Assembly (NCBI GenBank): GCA_030647415.1
Contig: JAUSKB010000026.1
Coordinates: forward strand, 10,894-74,893
DNA from: a bacterium
GTDB taxonomy: Bacteria > Patescibacteriota > Minisyncoccia > UBA6257 > GWB1-50-10
DNA: 64,000 nucleotides
Reading direction: 5' to 3'
Position numbers and translations under genes: made by a program. Shown here one piece after another: positions 26,899 through 36,786 of this stretch (within the stretch, counting starts at the first letter, position 1; the number at the start of each line of letters is the position of its first letter). Below the pieces are notes generated by a model, which was given only the letters and a program-made list of their open reading frames with translations, had not been told where the DNA came from and did no database searches.

Positions 26899-27651
26899 AT
26901 GAAATCATACTGGATTATTACCCTCGTCCTCCTGTTCGGGCTCGGTAGCTGCGTACAAAAGCAGTCCTCGGGGTCAGGTACGGTTGAGAAGGTTGAGGAA
27001 AAGGCGGAGGTCGCTGCAGAAAACGGTGGCATTCCGCTCGATGAGAACCTTCCTGGGGCCGCAATCAGCCTCCAGAAAAACTTCTATGTGATTCTGGACT
27101 GCTCCGGCTCCATGGCTGAAGACGTGTGCGGTGGTGGCGATAAGTCATTCTATGACAAGATGCGCGCCGCACAATGGGCAACCACGGAGTTCGTGGCGAA
27201 GGTCCCCAAGGACGTTAATCTCGGGCTCTGCCTACTCACCGACGGCGACGTCGTGGAGGTGGTGCCGCTTTCGACTGATCGTGCGGCATTCCTCGCTGCC
27301 GTCCAAGCAACGGGGAGTGGTGGCGGTACCCCACTCGGTGAAGCAATCGTCGTTGCGACGAATAAGCTTGCCGAGCGCTACAAGCTCCAGCTCGGGTACG
27401 GCGAGTACCGAATCATCGCGATCACCGACGGCGAAGCGACCGGCATGTCGATTGATCGGGCCGGCGAGTATGCTCGAAAATCCGGCTTCCCGATTTACAC
27501 GATCGGTTTCTGTATGGACGCCGATCATTCGCTCCGGAAATACTCAACGAGCTACCGAACCGCGAACTCCTCCATAGACCTTGCAAAAGGCCTCGAGGAG
27601 ACCCTCGGCGAGGCAGACTCGTTCGACCCCACCACATTCGGTGGGAAATAG
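26899..27651 (+). CDS. vWA-domain lipoprotein
   Basis: LGSC lipobox; MIDAS DCSGS, GGTP, ITDG, IYTIGF. Confidence 0.9.
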   Translation: MKSYWIITLVLLFGLGSCVQKQSSGSGTVEKVEEKAEVAAENGGIPLDENLPGAAISLQKNFYVILDCSGSMAEDVCGGGDKSFYDKMRAAQWATTEFVAKVPKDVNLGLCLLTDGDVVEVVPLSTDRAAFLAAVQATGSGGGTPLGEAIVVATNKLAERYKLQLGYGEYRIIAITDGEATGMSIDRAGEYARKSGFPIYTIGFCMDADHSLRKYSTSYRTANSSIDLAKGLEETLGEADSFDPTTFGGK

Positions 27652-27819
27652 AAGTAGTAAGCAGTAAAGAAACAGGCCCCCGGCACCATGCTGGGGGTTT
27701 TTGCTTTCTGATCTTTCTAGGCATGCCTTAAAAGGCAAACGAAATTGACAAAATCACCACTTTCTGCTAGTGTACTCCCAGTATATTCATAACAGAAAAA
27801 CAACCTAAAGGAGTAAGAA

Positions 27820-29385
27820 ATGAAGCAGAAAGCACTAGGGATAGCGCTCTTCATCGTGCTCGTTGGAGGGCTTGTGGTTGGAGTCCTGTGGGTGCTCAAA
27901 CCCACGTTCTTCAAAAACAAACTCACAAAAACGAGCGACGCATCCAACGTATCGGAAACGATACGCATGGGCGGCGACGACTACTACGGGTACTTCTTCC
28001 TGACAGCTCAGGAGACCCGCAGTCAGCTCGCCGCACAGGGGATGCAGGTGAACTACGTGGATGATGGCGGAAACTACGCCGATCGTCTCAAGAAGTTCGC
28101 CGATGATGAGTACGACGCAATTGTGCTCCCCGTAAAGGAGTACCTCCAGCATGGGAAAGCACACGGGTACCCGGGTGTCATTACCATGGGTATTGCAGAA
28201 TCACGGGGTGCAGATGGTCTCACAGTTCTCACCAACCGCGTGCCGTCGGCAACCGTGAAAGCGCTGAATAACCCAAACCTGAAATTCGTCTACACGGACG
28301 CGAGTCCGTCCGAGTTTCTCGTCGACTTCACGGTTGCGGACTTCGGCCTCAACCAACTCCGCGCGAGTTCACACTGGCGGGTGCCGGTGGGTTCCTGCAA
28401 AGAGGTGTTCGAGCGGCTGAAGCGGGGCGAGGGAGACGTGTTCGTCCTCTGGGAACCATACCTGTCCGAAGCCCTGCGTCTGCCGAATGTGCAGTACGTG
28501 TGGGGGTCAGACAAGGCTGCCGGATACATTATCGATGTCGTCGTTTTTCGACGCGACTATGTCGACAAGAAACATGAGCAGGTCCTCAACTTCCTCAAGG
28601 CGTACTTCCGCTCGCTCGACACCTACGAGAGCGACCAGGGACGCCTCATCCAAGAGGTCGAGGAGAACCTGTCGAGCCGCGGGTTCGACAAGAGTATCGC
28701 GCCATCGATCGTCAAAAAAATCGATTGGTTCGATCTCCGCGAGAACCTCGAGCAGCAGTTCGCGATTCCCGCGACACCTGGAGCACCGGCGCGCGACGGC
28801 ATCGTGAACACGATCATCGCATGCAGGAACGCCATGATACGCATGGGGCGCATCCAGAGCGATCCGCTCCCCGAAGGAAACCCGCTGTTTATTATAAACA
28901 GCAGCTTTCTGAAGGAACTGGCATCAACCGGTGTCGCACCTGTCAGCGTGGGAGGATCTCAGATAACTGAATTTCTCCCGCTCACCGATGGGCAGTGGAA
29001 ACAGCTCCAGGAAGTCGGTTCGCTCCGATTGGAGCAAATTACCTTCCAGCGAGGGACAAACTACCTCGACGACTTCGGTAAAACCAAGGTCGACGAGCTG
29101 GCCCAGCTCCTCGCAAACAACTATCCAGGGTACCGAATCCTCGTCCGAGGCCACACGGCTCCGGGCGACGATGAATCTGACAATCTCCGGCTCTCTACAG
29201 AGCGAGCGGAGGTGGTGAAACAGCGGCTCATCGCGGTGCACGCCATTAACGAAAACCGCGTGTATGCGAGCGGCGTAGGGAGCAGCATGCCCCCACCGTC
29301 AGATCCGACTATTCCACCGAGGGAACGAATGATGCGGCTCGCACGAGTCGAGTTCGTCCTCCTCGAAAAAGATTTTCCACTCTAA
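27820..29385 (+). CDS. Membrane-anchored solute-binding protein fused to OmpA-like domain
   Basis: N-terminal TM, ESRGADG, VLWEPY; VRGHT...NLRLSTERAEVV...RVEF. Confidence 0.8.
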   Translation: MKQKALGIALFIVLVGGLVVGVLWVLKPTFFKNKLTKTSDASNVSETIRMGGDDYYGYFFLTAQETRSQLAAQGMQVNYVDDGGNYADRLKKFADDEYDAIVLPVKEYLQHGKAHGYPGVITMGIAESRGADGLTVLTNRVPSATVKALNNPNLKFVYTDASPSEFLVDFTVADFGLNQLRASSHWRVPVGSCKEVFERLKRGEGDVFVLWEPYLSEALRLPNVQYVWGSDKAAGYIIDVVVFRRDYVDKKHEQVLNFLKAYFRSLDTYESDQGRLIQEVEENLSSRGFDKSIAPSIVKKIDWFDLRENLEQQFAIPATPGAPARDGIVNTIIACRNAMIRMGRIQSDPLPEGNPLFIINSSFLKELASTGVAPVSVGGSQITEFLPLTDGQWKQLQEVGSLRLEQITFQRGTNYLDDFGKTKVDELAQLLANNYPGYRILVRGHTAPGDDESDNLRLSTERAEVVKQRLIAVHAINENRVYASGVGSSMPPPSDPTIPPRERMMRLARVEFVLLEKDFPL

Positions 29386-29406
29386 CTAACAAAAAGGAGG
29401 CAGTAC

Positions 29407-30366
29407 ATGAATTCCAAGCGGGGACGCGACGCCCCCTCAGGGAACGTCGCAGCTCCAACACCGGAGGACTTCAAAGGGTCCTCGGTGCAGAGACACGTGC
29501 TGGCCCAAGCGAGCAAGGAGCCACTCACCGTGATTCCCCTCGCTATTGGAACGGTCTGCGTGCTTGCGGGGGTCGTGCTCGTTGCACCAGCAGCTCTCAT
29601 CGCGGGACTTCTTAGTGGAGGGGTGAGTGCCGGATCATTCATCTGGCACTACTTCATCAAAGGAGAGCGTGTCGCCGAAGAGTATGTGCAGGAGCTCCGA
29701 ACACGTCGCGACGAGGCGCAGCGTCAATCAATCCGTGACTTCGCACGAGAGTGCGAGAATGCAGGTTTTGACGAAGGCGCAAAGGAAGCGGGTGAGCTTA
29801 AAGAAGCCTACTACCGTCTCCGCGATTTCCTAATCGGAGATAGCGTGGAAGGGAAAAGTACCGAGAGTGGGCAGTACTACTTTCTGCTCGCGGAGAATAC
29901 CTTCCAACATGGCATCGAACTGCTCCGCCAAGCGATGAACACATTCCGTGCGCTCCAAAAAATGGATACCCATTCGCTTGAGGAAGAGCGTGACACGTGG
30001 GTTGCAGAGCTTGCTAAACTTGAGAAATCAAAGCAGAAAAAAGAGAGTGAACTCACCAACCTGCGGACGAAGATTGAGAGTCACCAAAAGCGGCTCGAGG
30101 TCTTTTCACAGCAGGAAGAGTACATTCAAGAGCTCATGGCACGGTGTGAGGTCTGTGAATCAGCCCTCGATACCTCATATATGCAACTCACCCGACTCAT
30201 CACGAGCACTGGCAAGGTTTCGCTCGCTGAAAAAACTGACGCACTCACCGAACTTGAACGAGCGGTGCAAGCCGCAAAAAAAGTCGAGGAGAAGCTTCGA
30301 TCAACAAGCGGTGCCATGACCAGAGAAGAGGAGGCTGTCTACGAACGGGCAGGACAGAAAAATTAA
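29407..30366 (+). CDS. Two-TM membrane protein with long cytoplasmic coiled coil
   Basis: SD AGGAGG; hydrophobic hairpin at residues ~42-82, then a charged helical region. Confidence 0.75.
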   Translation: MNSKRGRDAPSGNVAAPTPEDFKGSSVQRHVLAQASKEPLTVIPLAIGTVCVLAGVVLVAPAALIAGLLSGGVSAGSFIWHYFIKGERVAEEYVQELRTRRDEAQRQSIRDFARECENAGFDEGAKEAGELKEAYYRLRDFLIGDSVEGKSTESGQYYFLLAENTFQHGIELLRQAMNTFRALQKMDTHSLEEERDTWVAELAKLEKSKQKKESELTNLRTKIESHQKRLEVFSQQEEYIQELMARCEVCESALDTSYMQLTRLITSTGKVSLAEKTDALTELERAVQAAKKVEEKLRSTSGAMTREEEAVYERAGQKN

Positions 30367-30394
30367 ACAATCACACTAACAGAAAGGAATAGTA

Positions 30395-31216
30395 ATGGAA
30401 GAGGGAAATATTGGATTCTTTGCGGCACTGTGGAGATTTTTCACGCTCTACAAGCTGCGAAAAACATTGGGGCTCGTGAGGGCTGCCGATCGGCAATTCT
30501 CAGGTTCCGTGGAAGGCATCAGTGACGCATTCGACATCACACACGACGACATGGTAACCCGCTATAAGGGGTTCCGTGACGCTGTGTCGCAGGTCGAGGC
30601 GATTGCCGAACAGAAACGCGCACGGTTTGAAGACCTCAACACCGAAGAAACGGACCTGATCAGGAAACGCGACGGCGCAATTGCGCTAGCAGAGAAGGCA
30701 AAAACCGCAAACGACACCGCAGCATATGACAAGCACGCGAAGGCGTACGAGGCGTTCCAGCTCCGCATTGATGAGATTGAGACAGAACAGGCACAACTCG
30801 AAACCGAGCTCAAGGAACTTGGTGGAACGATGGATAAATATCTCATGCAGCTCTCTGAGATGCAGCGGGAGATACAGCGATTACCGAAACAGAAGGCCGA
30901 GGAGATCGCGAAGTTCATCACCTCCAAGCAGATCATTAGCTTAAACGATCGTTTGCAAAACCTGCAGACGTCGCTTGAGCGTGGACCAATCGATGTTGTA
31001 CTGAAGGCAAATCGGGAATTGAGCGCCAAGGCGCGTATTTCCGAGAAACTCTCTGGGGCAGACGTGAAGCTCCAGGACGCGCAATACGACAAAGAGGGAA
31101 AAACCGCGGCGGCGCGAGGAAAGCTCGATGCAATACTTGCCGCTCGAGCAGCGGAAAAAGACGCAAAGTCCGGTACCAAAAAACCGGAGGAGCGTCCGGA
31201 TCTCGTAAGGCAGTAA
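30395..31216 (+). CDS. PspA/IM30 (ESCRT-III-like) coiled-coil protein
   Basis: N-terminal amphipathic helix GFFAALWRFF, ~250-aa all-helical heptad pattern. Confidence 0.6.
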   Translation: MEEGNIGFFAALWRFFTLYKLRKTLGLVRAADRQFSGSVEGISDAFDITHDDMVTRYKGFRDAVSQVEAIAEQKRARFEDLNTEETDLIRKRDGAIALAEKAKTANDTAAYDKHAKAYEAFQLRIDEIETEQAQLETELKELGGTMDKYLMQLSEMQREIQRLPKQKAEEIAKFITSKQIISLNDRLQNLQTSLERGPIDVVLKANRELSAKARISEKLSGADVKLQDAQYDKEGKTAAARGKLDAILAARAAEKDAKSGTKKPEERPDLVRQ

Positions 31217-31288
31217 CAGTAGTAACACCTGGTGGGCGGAGAAACACTCCCCCACCAGATTCATTTTTCACTTTTAAGGGAGGTTGTA

Positions 31289-32383
31289 ATGAAACGAACA
31301 CTGTCTGTTCTCTGTATCCTCTTTGCGCTCTGTATTGCTGCGTTGCAGCCGGCAAGCGCGAAGGGCGAGAAGAAGAAAACATTCGTCGTGAAGTGGTCAA
31401 TCTACGTGGGATGGATGCCGTGGCCGTACGCGGAGTACAGCGGCATTTTGAAGAAGCACGCTGCAAAGCACGGGATTACCATTCAACTCGAGCAGGCGTC
31501 GTACATCGCCACACTCAATGAATTCACCGCACGAAAGGCGGACGCGGTCGTCGCAACGAACATGGATATCTTGAACATGTCTGCGGCAGCCGGCATCCCC
31601 TGCGTCGCCATGATTGTGGGGGACTACTCCAACGACAACGACCAGGTACTTGGGCGAGGAGTCTCGAACATGCAGGGACTTGCGGGACAAGACGTCCTGA
31701 TGGTTCAGGGAACGGTATCGCAGTACCTTGTTGCTCGTGGGCTCGAGATGAACGGTATGCGAGAGGACCAGATCGTCATTCAAAATACGAATGACGAGAA
31801 CCAGATTCCCAACATATTCCGGGACAACGCGTCTTTGAAGGCCCTCGTCACCTGGAACCCGATGGTGCTTGAAATCCGGCAGATGCCGGGTGTGAAGAAG
31901 CTCTTCGGGTCCGCGCAGATTCCAGGGGAAATCCTTGACCTCATGATTGTGAACAAGGATGTTCTGGACGCAAACCCCGCACTCGGGAAGGCACTCACGG
32001 GCGCATGGTACGAAACCATGGCGCTCATGCAGAAACGAGGAAAAGCATCGGACGACGCCATCATCTACATGGCGGACAAATCGGGCAATCCGAAGGCGTC
32101 TGATGAAACGAAGCTCACCGAATTCCGGTCGCAGCTCGCGACCACCGCGATGTTCTACAACGCTGCGGACGCGGTGGAATTTACCTTGAACTCGAACTTC
32201 AAGGTCGCCATGGACCGGGTGCGAAAATTCAGCTTCAAAAATGGTTTGTTCGGAGAGGGAGTGAAGTCAGTTGATGACGTGGGAATTCAGTTCCCCGACG
32301 GATCTATTTTGGGGAATCCCAAGCGGATTCGTCTGTGGTTCGACACCACGTACATGAAGCTTGCCGCAGAGGGCAAGCTGTAG
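31289..32383 (+). CDS. ABC transporter substrate-binding protein (urea carboxylase-associated type)
   Basis: WSIYVGWMPW, TNMD, GDYSN, VSQYL, VTWNP, IPGEILDL, LGKALTGAWYE. Confidence 0.85.
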   Translation: MKRTLSVLCILFALCIAALQPASAKGEKKKTFVVKWSIYVGWMPWPYAEYSGILKKHAAKHGITIQLEQASYIATLNEFTARKADAVVATNMDILNMSAAAGIPCVAMIVGDYSNDNDQVLGRGVSNMQGLAGQDVLMVQGTVSQYLVARGLEMNGMREDQIVIQNTNDENQIPNIFRDNASLKALVTWNPMVLEIRQMPGVKKLFGSAQIPGEILDLMIVNKDVLDANPALGKALTGAWYETMALMQKRGKASDDAIIYMADKSGNPKASDETKLTEFRSQLATTAMFYNAADAVEFTLNSNFKVAMDRVRKFSFKNGLFGEGVKSVDDVGIQFPDGSILGNPKRIRLWFDTTYMKLAAEGKL

Positions 32384-32507
32384 GAAGAGTGGGTAGGGTA
32401 GTCATCATCTGAATCGGGGGTTGACAAACCCCCGATTTTTATTTACAATGGAGCCAGCGATATTTACAGTTTAATACTTCAATCACAACACAGAAAGGAA
32501 TTGTCAG

Positions 32508-33395
32508 TTGCAAACAATACTCAAATCTCGTGTGGCGCACTTCGTGCAGCTACTCACAAGCTTCACTTGTAATGTCGCAACCTACCTCTCCCGAATCTTC
32601 GGGATGGACGGGAAAACGACCAGGACGTGGAAGTTGGTGCTATCATGGCTCCCCATCATTCTTCTTGCGGGGTGGTATACAACAACAGCATACCATCGCA
32701 CCGAGGAGAATCCTGATGAGAAGCTCACACCGACGCCAACAAAAGTTTACGAGGCCTTTCAGCGGTATGCGCTCGAGCCAGATAAGGCAGGCGACTACCG
32801 GCTTTGGAAGGATGTTCGAGCGAGTGGCGAACGCTTTCTTTGGGCGCTTCCCTGGCTCTTCCTTGCCGCGCTCGTGGGGCTCCATATGGGGCTCTATCAA
32901 TGGGTGGAGGACCTCTCTTTGAGGAGTCTTACGGTGGTGGATAAAATACCGCCGATCCTGCTCCTCGCACTCATCTTCGTAGTGCTCGGTACGGGCGATA
33001 TAGCAAAAGTGGCAATCATTGTGATTACCGTCTTCCCGACTATTGCGCTCGACACGCAGCTTATCACGAAGAGCTTCCCAAAAGAACTTAGGATAAAGGC
33101 AAAAACGCTTGGGGCGAGCAATGCGGAGATCACCTATCTAGTGGTCTTCAAAAATATCTTTCCCCGGGTGCTCCACGTCTTCCGATCAAGCTTGAAGGCG
33201 ATCTTTCTGGCGCTTCTTGCCGCAGAGGCAGTGGTCTCCGCGGTCGGCATTGGGTACCGGACCTTCTACGTCCAGCGATTCAGTGCTGTGGACGTAATTC
33301 TGGTGTACGTTATCACCGCGACGCTCGCACTTGTCACTATCGATCTTAGTATTCGGTGGTACGTGCGGCTACGCTACAAATGGCTCGACAAATAG
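32508..33395 (+). CDS. ABC transporter permease (SsuC/TauC-like)
   Basis: Six hydrophobic segments, IPPI, EAA-like AKTLGAS, LLAAE...GIGY. Confidence 0.85.
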   Translation: MQTILKSRVAHFVQLLTSFTCNVATYLSRIFGMDGKTTRTWKLVLSWLPIILLAGWYTTTAYHRTEENPDEKLTPTPTKVYEAFQRYALEPDKAGDYRLWKDVRASGERFLWALPWLFLAALVGLHMGLYQWVEDLSLRSLTVVDKIPPILLLALIFVVLGTGDIAKVAIIVITVFPTIALDTQLITKSFPKELRIKAKTLGASNAEITYLVVFKNIFPRVLHVFRSSLKAIFLALLAAEAVVSAVGIGYRTFYVQRFSAVDVILVYVITATLALVTIDLSIRWYVRLRYKWLDK

Positions 33396-33410
33396 GAAAG
33401 GAGATAAAGA

Positions 33411-34370
33411 ATGAGCTTCATTGAGCTTACAGACGTCCATCAGGCCTATGGACACAAGCGAGTCCTGAATGACATCGACCTCCGAATCAGGGAGGGGGAA
33501 TTCACAACCATTGTGGGTCCCACCGGCTGCGGGAAATCAACCATGCTCCGACTCATACTCGGAAGTGAGCAGCCAGTTCGTGGCAGTGTCACTATCGAAG
33601 GAACACCGGTCACGGGAATCCATCGTGACCGAGGGATAGTCTTCCAACAGTACGGTTTATTTCCGAACCTGACCGTGCTCGAAAACATCATGTTCGGCCC
33701 TGTCCACGAGCGGCACTCGTTCGTGGGCGGCATCATCGGCAGGGCAATCATAAAGCTCCGCCGAGGAGCTGAGTGTTGGCTCGGAAAACGCGTCGGGAAC
33801 CTTCTCCCGAAGGGACCGCTCTATGCCATTGAGGAGCAGGCCTTGGAGTACCTGAACCGCATCGGCCTCAGCGAGGCTGACGCGGGGAAGTACCCCTTCG
33901 AACTCTCAGGTGGCATGAGGCAACGCGTCGCAATCGCGTCGGCGGCCATCATGAAGCCGAAAGTCTTTCTGATGGACGAACCGTTCGGTGCGCTCGACGC
34001 GGTGACGCGCCAGAAGATGCAGCAGTTCATTTTGGAACTTCACCAGAAGTACCAAATGACCATCTTCTTCGTTACCCACGAACTCCGCGAAGCATTGTTT
34101 CTCGGTACGCGCGTCATCGCGCTCTCGCAGTACTACAAAACGGATAATGGAGGTGAGCCGGGTACGCAGGGGTCCAAGATAATCTCTGATTTTCCACTGC
34201 AAAGAACATCAACACTGGATGAGAAGTACTCTCCGGAGTTGAATGCAATTGAAAAACAGCTTATGGAAGATCTCGACGGATCAAAGAAGAAATACATTGG
34301 TGACTTTCACCTCACCCATCCTGACTCGTTCCGAACAGTGGATGCGGCGGAGTGGAGGAGGACCTCATGA
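33411..34370 (+). CDS. ABC transporter ATP-binding protein (SsuB/TauB-like)
   Basis: GPTGCGKS, LSGGMRQR, LMDEPFGALD, FVTH. Confidence 0.95.
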   Translation: MSFIELTDVHQAYGHKRVLNDIDLRIREGEFTTIVGPTGCGKSTMLRLILGSEQPVRGSVTIEGTPVTGIHRDRGIVFQQYGLFPNLTVLENIMFGPVHERHSFVGGIIGRAIIKLRRGAECWLGKRVGNLLPKGPLYAIEEQALEYLNRIGLSEADAGKYPFELSGGMRQRVAIASAAIMKPKVFLMDEPFGALDAVTRQKMQQFILELHQKYQMTIFFVTHELREALFLGTRVIALSQYYKTDNGGEPGTQGSKIISDFPLQRTSTLDEKYSPELNAIEKQLMEDLDGSKKKYIGDFHLTHPDSFRTVDAAEWRRTS

Positions 34371-36100
34371 ACGCACCTCGGTTTATTGAACAGCTCCACG
34401 AGGCGTACCGGTTCCGGGGAAAGGGCATCGTGCTCTTCACCGGCAATGTGAATGATCTCTTCTGGAGCCCCAATAGTGGTCGCTACCTTTCGCTGGAGCA
34501 AGTACTTCAAAATGAGCTCCAGGAGACTATGACCATCCTGCGGTACGACATAGGCACCGGGGTGGAATTCGTAGGAAACGGCGCGGAAGAGTATGTCGAG
34601 GCGACATACTCATACGCGAACGTGCTCTCTGAAAAAAAGACGAAAACACCAATAGCGGATCTGGTGGTAGATGTCCGCCATAGCCCGCTCCCCAATCTGG
34701 TACTCCTCAAGGACCTCATGCACGCCTTTCGGCGGGCACGAATCATGGAGGAAACCCGAGAAAAGAAGGATAGGCGCGGACATGGAGAAAAACCTCTCTG
34801 CCTCGTTGTTCAGCATACGGGAATGCTGTTTCCTGAAGGAGACGGCTCACGCCTAAGTGACGCGGACCGGGAACGGCTGGCGTTCTTCCTCTCATGGGTG
34901 AATGACCCCGCGTTCGCATCAAGCTCCGAGCTTATCATCCTGGTAAGCTCGGTACGCGCCGAAGTGAATACGAAGGTGACCGCCCTGCCGCATGCGGCGC
35001 ACATCGAGATACAGCTCCCTAACTCCGACGAACGGACGCACTTCACGGAACGATTCCTTGAAAACAACACGGTGTCGTTCGAAAAGTCGAAGGAGCTGTT
35101 CATCGAGAGTGCTGCGGGACTCACCATCACAACGATGCATGAGCTGCTGCGATTCTCCGCATCAAACAAAGGCGAAATCACCAGAGGGCAAGTGGTCGAT
35201 GAGGTAAATCGCCTGCTCCAGGCGAAATTGGGCGACATCATTCGGATCAAGTATCCGACGCATCGGTCAACCGATATCGTCGGGTATGCGAGAACGAAGG
35301 AACTCTTGCAGTATACATTCGAGCGGTGCGAGGATCCGGAAACTGCGGTTTCTGCGGTGCTCGTAGCGGGATCGAACGGAGTCGGCAAGACCTTTCACCT
35401 TGAGGCGTTCGCCGCGGAATCCGGGAGGGTTGTCATCGAACTCGGCAACATCCGTGGGTCGTACTTCAGTGAAACAGATCGGTTCTTCGAGATGTTTCGC
35501 TGGTACGTCTCAACGCTCGGACGCATCTTAATCCTCGTAGATGAGGCGCATACCGCTTTCGGCAGCGTGCACGGGAACGACACCCACGAAACGGAGAAGC
35601 GGCTCGCAGGGAACGTCATCAAGATGATGGGCGACCCATCCCTTTTAGGGAAGGTTGTCTGGGGTCTCATGACCTCACGACCCGACGAGCTCGACCCAGA
35701 CGTGAAGAGCCGAGCGCCGATTCAGATTCCCATCTTTGATTTGGAAGATGCGGAGCGGAAAAGCTACATCCGGGAAATCTTCCTGAAGAAGAAGATGGAA
35801 CTCACGGACGAGGAGCTTGAGACGGTCTTCGCGAAGACGCTCTACTACTCAAACCGCGACTTTCGAAACTTCGTCGCGGAAGTGCTGGCGGAGCGAAAAC
35901 GTCAACAAAAGGAAATACCTATTGTTGACGTGCTTGGCCGATGGCAAGCAAGTCGATCCATTATGTCGAAGCGACACTTCCAGGAGCTCATTGCTGCACT
36001 TCACTGCAGCTACATCGAACTCCTTCCGAAGCGACTGACCGAGATGAAAGAAGGCGAGATCGAGCGCCAGGTAGAAATACTGAAGCACTCGATACTCTAA
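34367..36100 (+). CDS. Classical AAA+ ATPase (degenerate N-terminal module plus active C-terminal module)
   Basis: ATGA overlap with upstream gene; GSNGVGKT, ILVDEAH, SRH TSRPDELDPDVKSR. Confidence 0.85.
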   Translation: MNAPRFIEQLHEAYRFRGKGIVLFTGNVNDLFWSPNSGRYLSLEQVLQNELQETMTILRYDIGTGVEFVGNGAEEYVEATYSYANVLSEKKTKTPIADLVVDVRHSPLPNLVLLKDLMHAFRRARIMEETREKKDRRGHGEKPLCLVVQHTGMLFPEGDGSRLSDADRERLAFFLSWVNDPAFASSSELIILVSSVRAEVNTKVTALPHAAHIEIQLPNSDERTHFTERFLENNTVSFEKSKELFIESAAGLTITTMHELLRFSASNKGEITRGQVVDEVNRLLQAKLGDIIRIKYPTHRSTDIVGYARTKELLQYTFERCEDPETAVSAVLVAGSNGVGKTFHLEAFAAESGRVVIELGNIRGSYFSETDRFFEMFRWYVSTLGRILILVDEAHTAFGSVHGNDTHETEKRLAGNVIKMMGDPSLLGKVVWGLMTSRPDELDPDVKSRAPIQIPIFDLEDAERKSYIREIFLKKKMELTDEELETVFAKTLYYSNRDFRNFVAEVLAERKRQQKEIPIVDVLGRWQASRSIMSKRHFQELIAALHCSYIELLPKRLTEMKEGEIERQVEILKHSIL

Positions 36101-36108
36101 TCAATAGG

Positions 36109-36138
36109 ACGCCCCCGACCACATGTCGGGGCGTTTTT
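36109..36138. terminator. Terminator at end of island operon
   Basis: ACGCCCCCGAC..GTCGGGGCGT-TTTT. Confidence 0.7.
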
Positions 36139-36149
36139 GCATACAAACC

Positions 36150-36764
36150 CTACTTCTCGTACTCCGCGATGCACTTCCGGATTTCGCGCTCGAGGTAGTC
36201 GGCACGCCAGCGGTCTTTCGCCGGCAAAAGATGCCGGAGGTGTAGGGCGAGCGGGAGGTAGTACTGTTTCGTCTCTTGAATCTGGTCGCGCTGCTTCGTC
36301 TTCGTGCACCCGTAGAGCGTGCGGAGGTTGTGGAGGCGGTCGGCGAGCTTCACGAGAAGTACCTTCGCCGAGGCGTACTCGACAAGCCGCGCGACGTACC
36401 CGGGCTTCGGCTTCTTCGTGAGAAGCTGGAGCCCCACCACCACCTGCTTCCCGAAGTTCAGCTCTATGCGGTACGGCGTGAGGATGTGTGAGTCCTCGAG
36501 CGTGTCGTGGAGGAGAGCCATCACGATGGTCTCCGCATCGTCTACCCGGAGCTCGTTTACGAGTATCCAGGCAACCGACTTCGGGTGCTCGAAGTAGCGG
36601 ACGTGCCCCACCTCGCGCATCTGGTTCATGTGGCCATACTTCGCGAGGATGTAGGCGGTCATAACCTGCTCGAGGCCGCGCGGCGAGAGAATCGGGGTGA
36701 GCTTCCGTAGGAAGGCGTGGCGGCCGACCGGCGCGTATCCCTGTGGCGTTCGTTGTGGAGGCAT
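36150..36764 (-). CDS. RelA/SpoT-type HD-domain hydrolase (small alarmone hydrolase)
   Basis: HMNQMR, YFEHP, ALLHDTLED, VKLADRLHNLR. Confidence 0.85.
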   Translation of the reverse strand: MPPQRTPQGYAPVGRHAFLRKLTPILSPRGLEQVMTAYILAKYGHMNQMREVGHVRYFEHPKSVAWILVNELRVDDAETIVMALLHDTLEDSHILTPYRIELNFGKQVVVGLQLLTKKPKPGYVARLVEYASAKVLLVKLADRLHNLRTLYGCTKTKQRDQIQETKQYYLPLALHLRHLLPAKDRWRADYLEREIRKCIAEYEK

Positions 36765-36786
36765 GGATTCAGTATAAAGAATGGCG

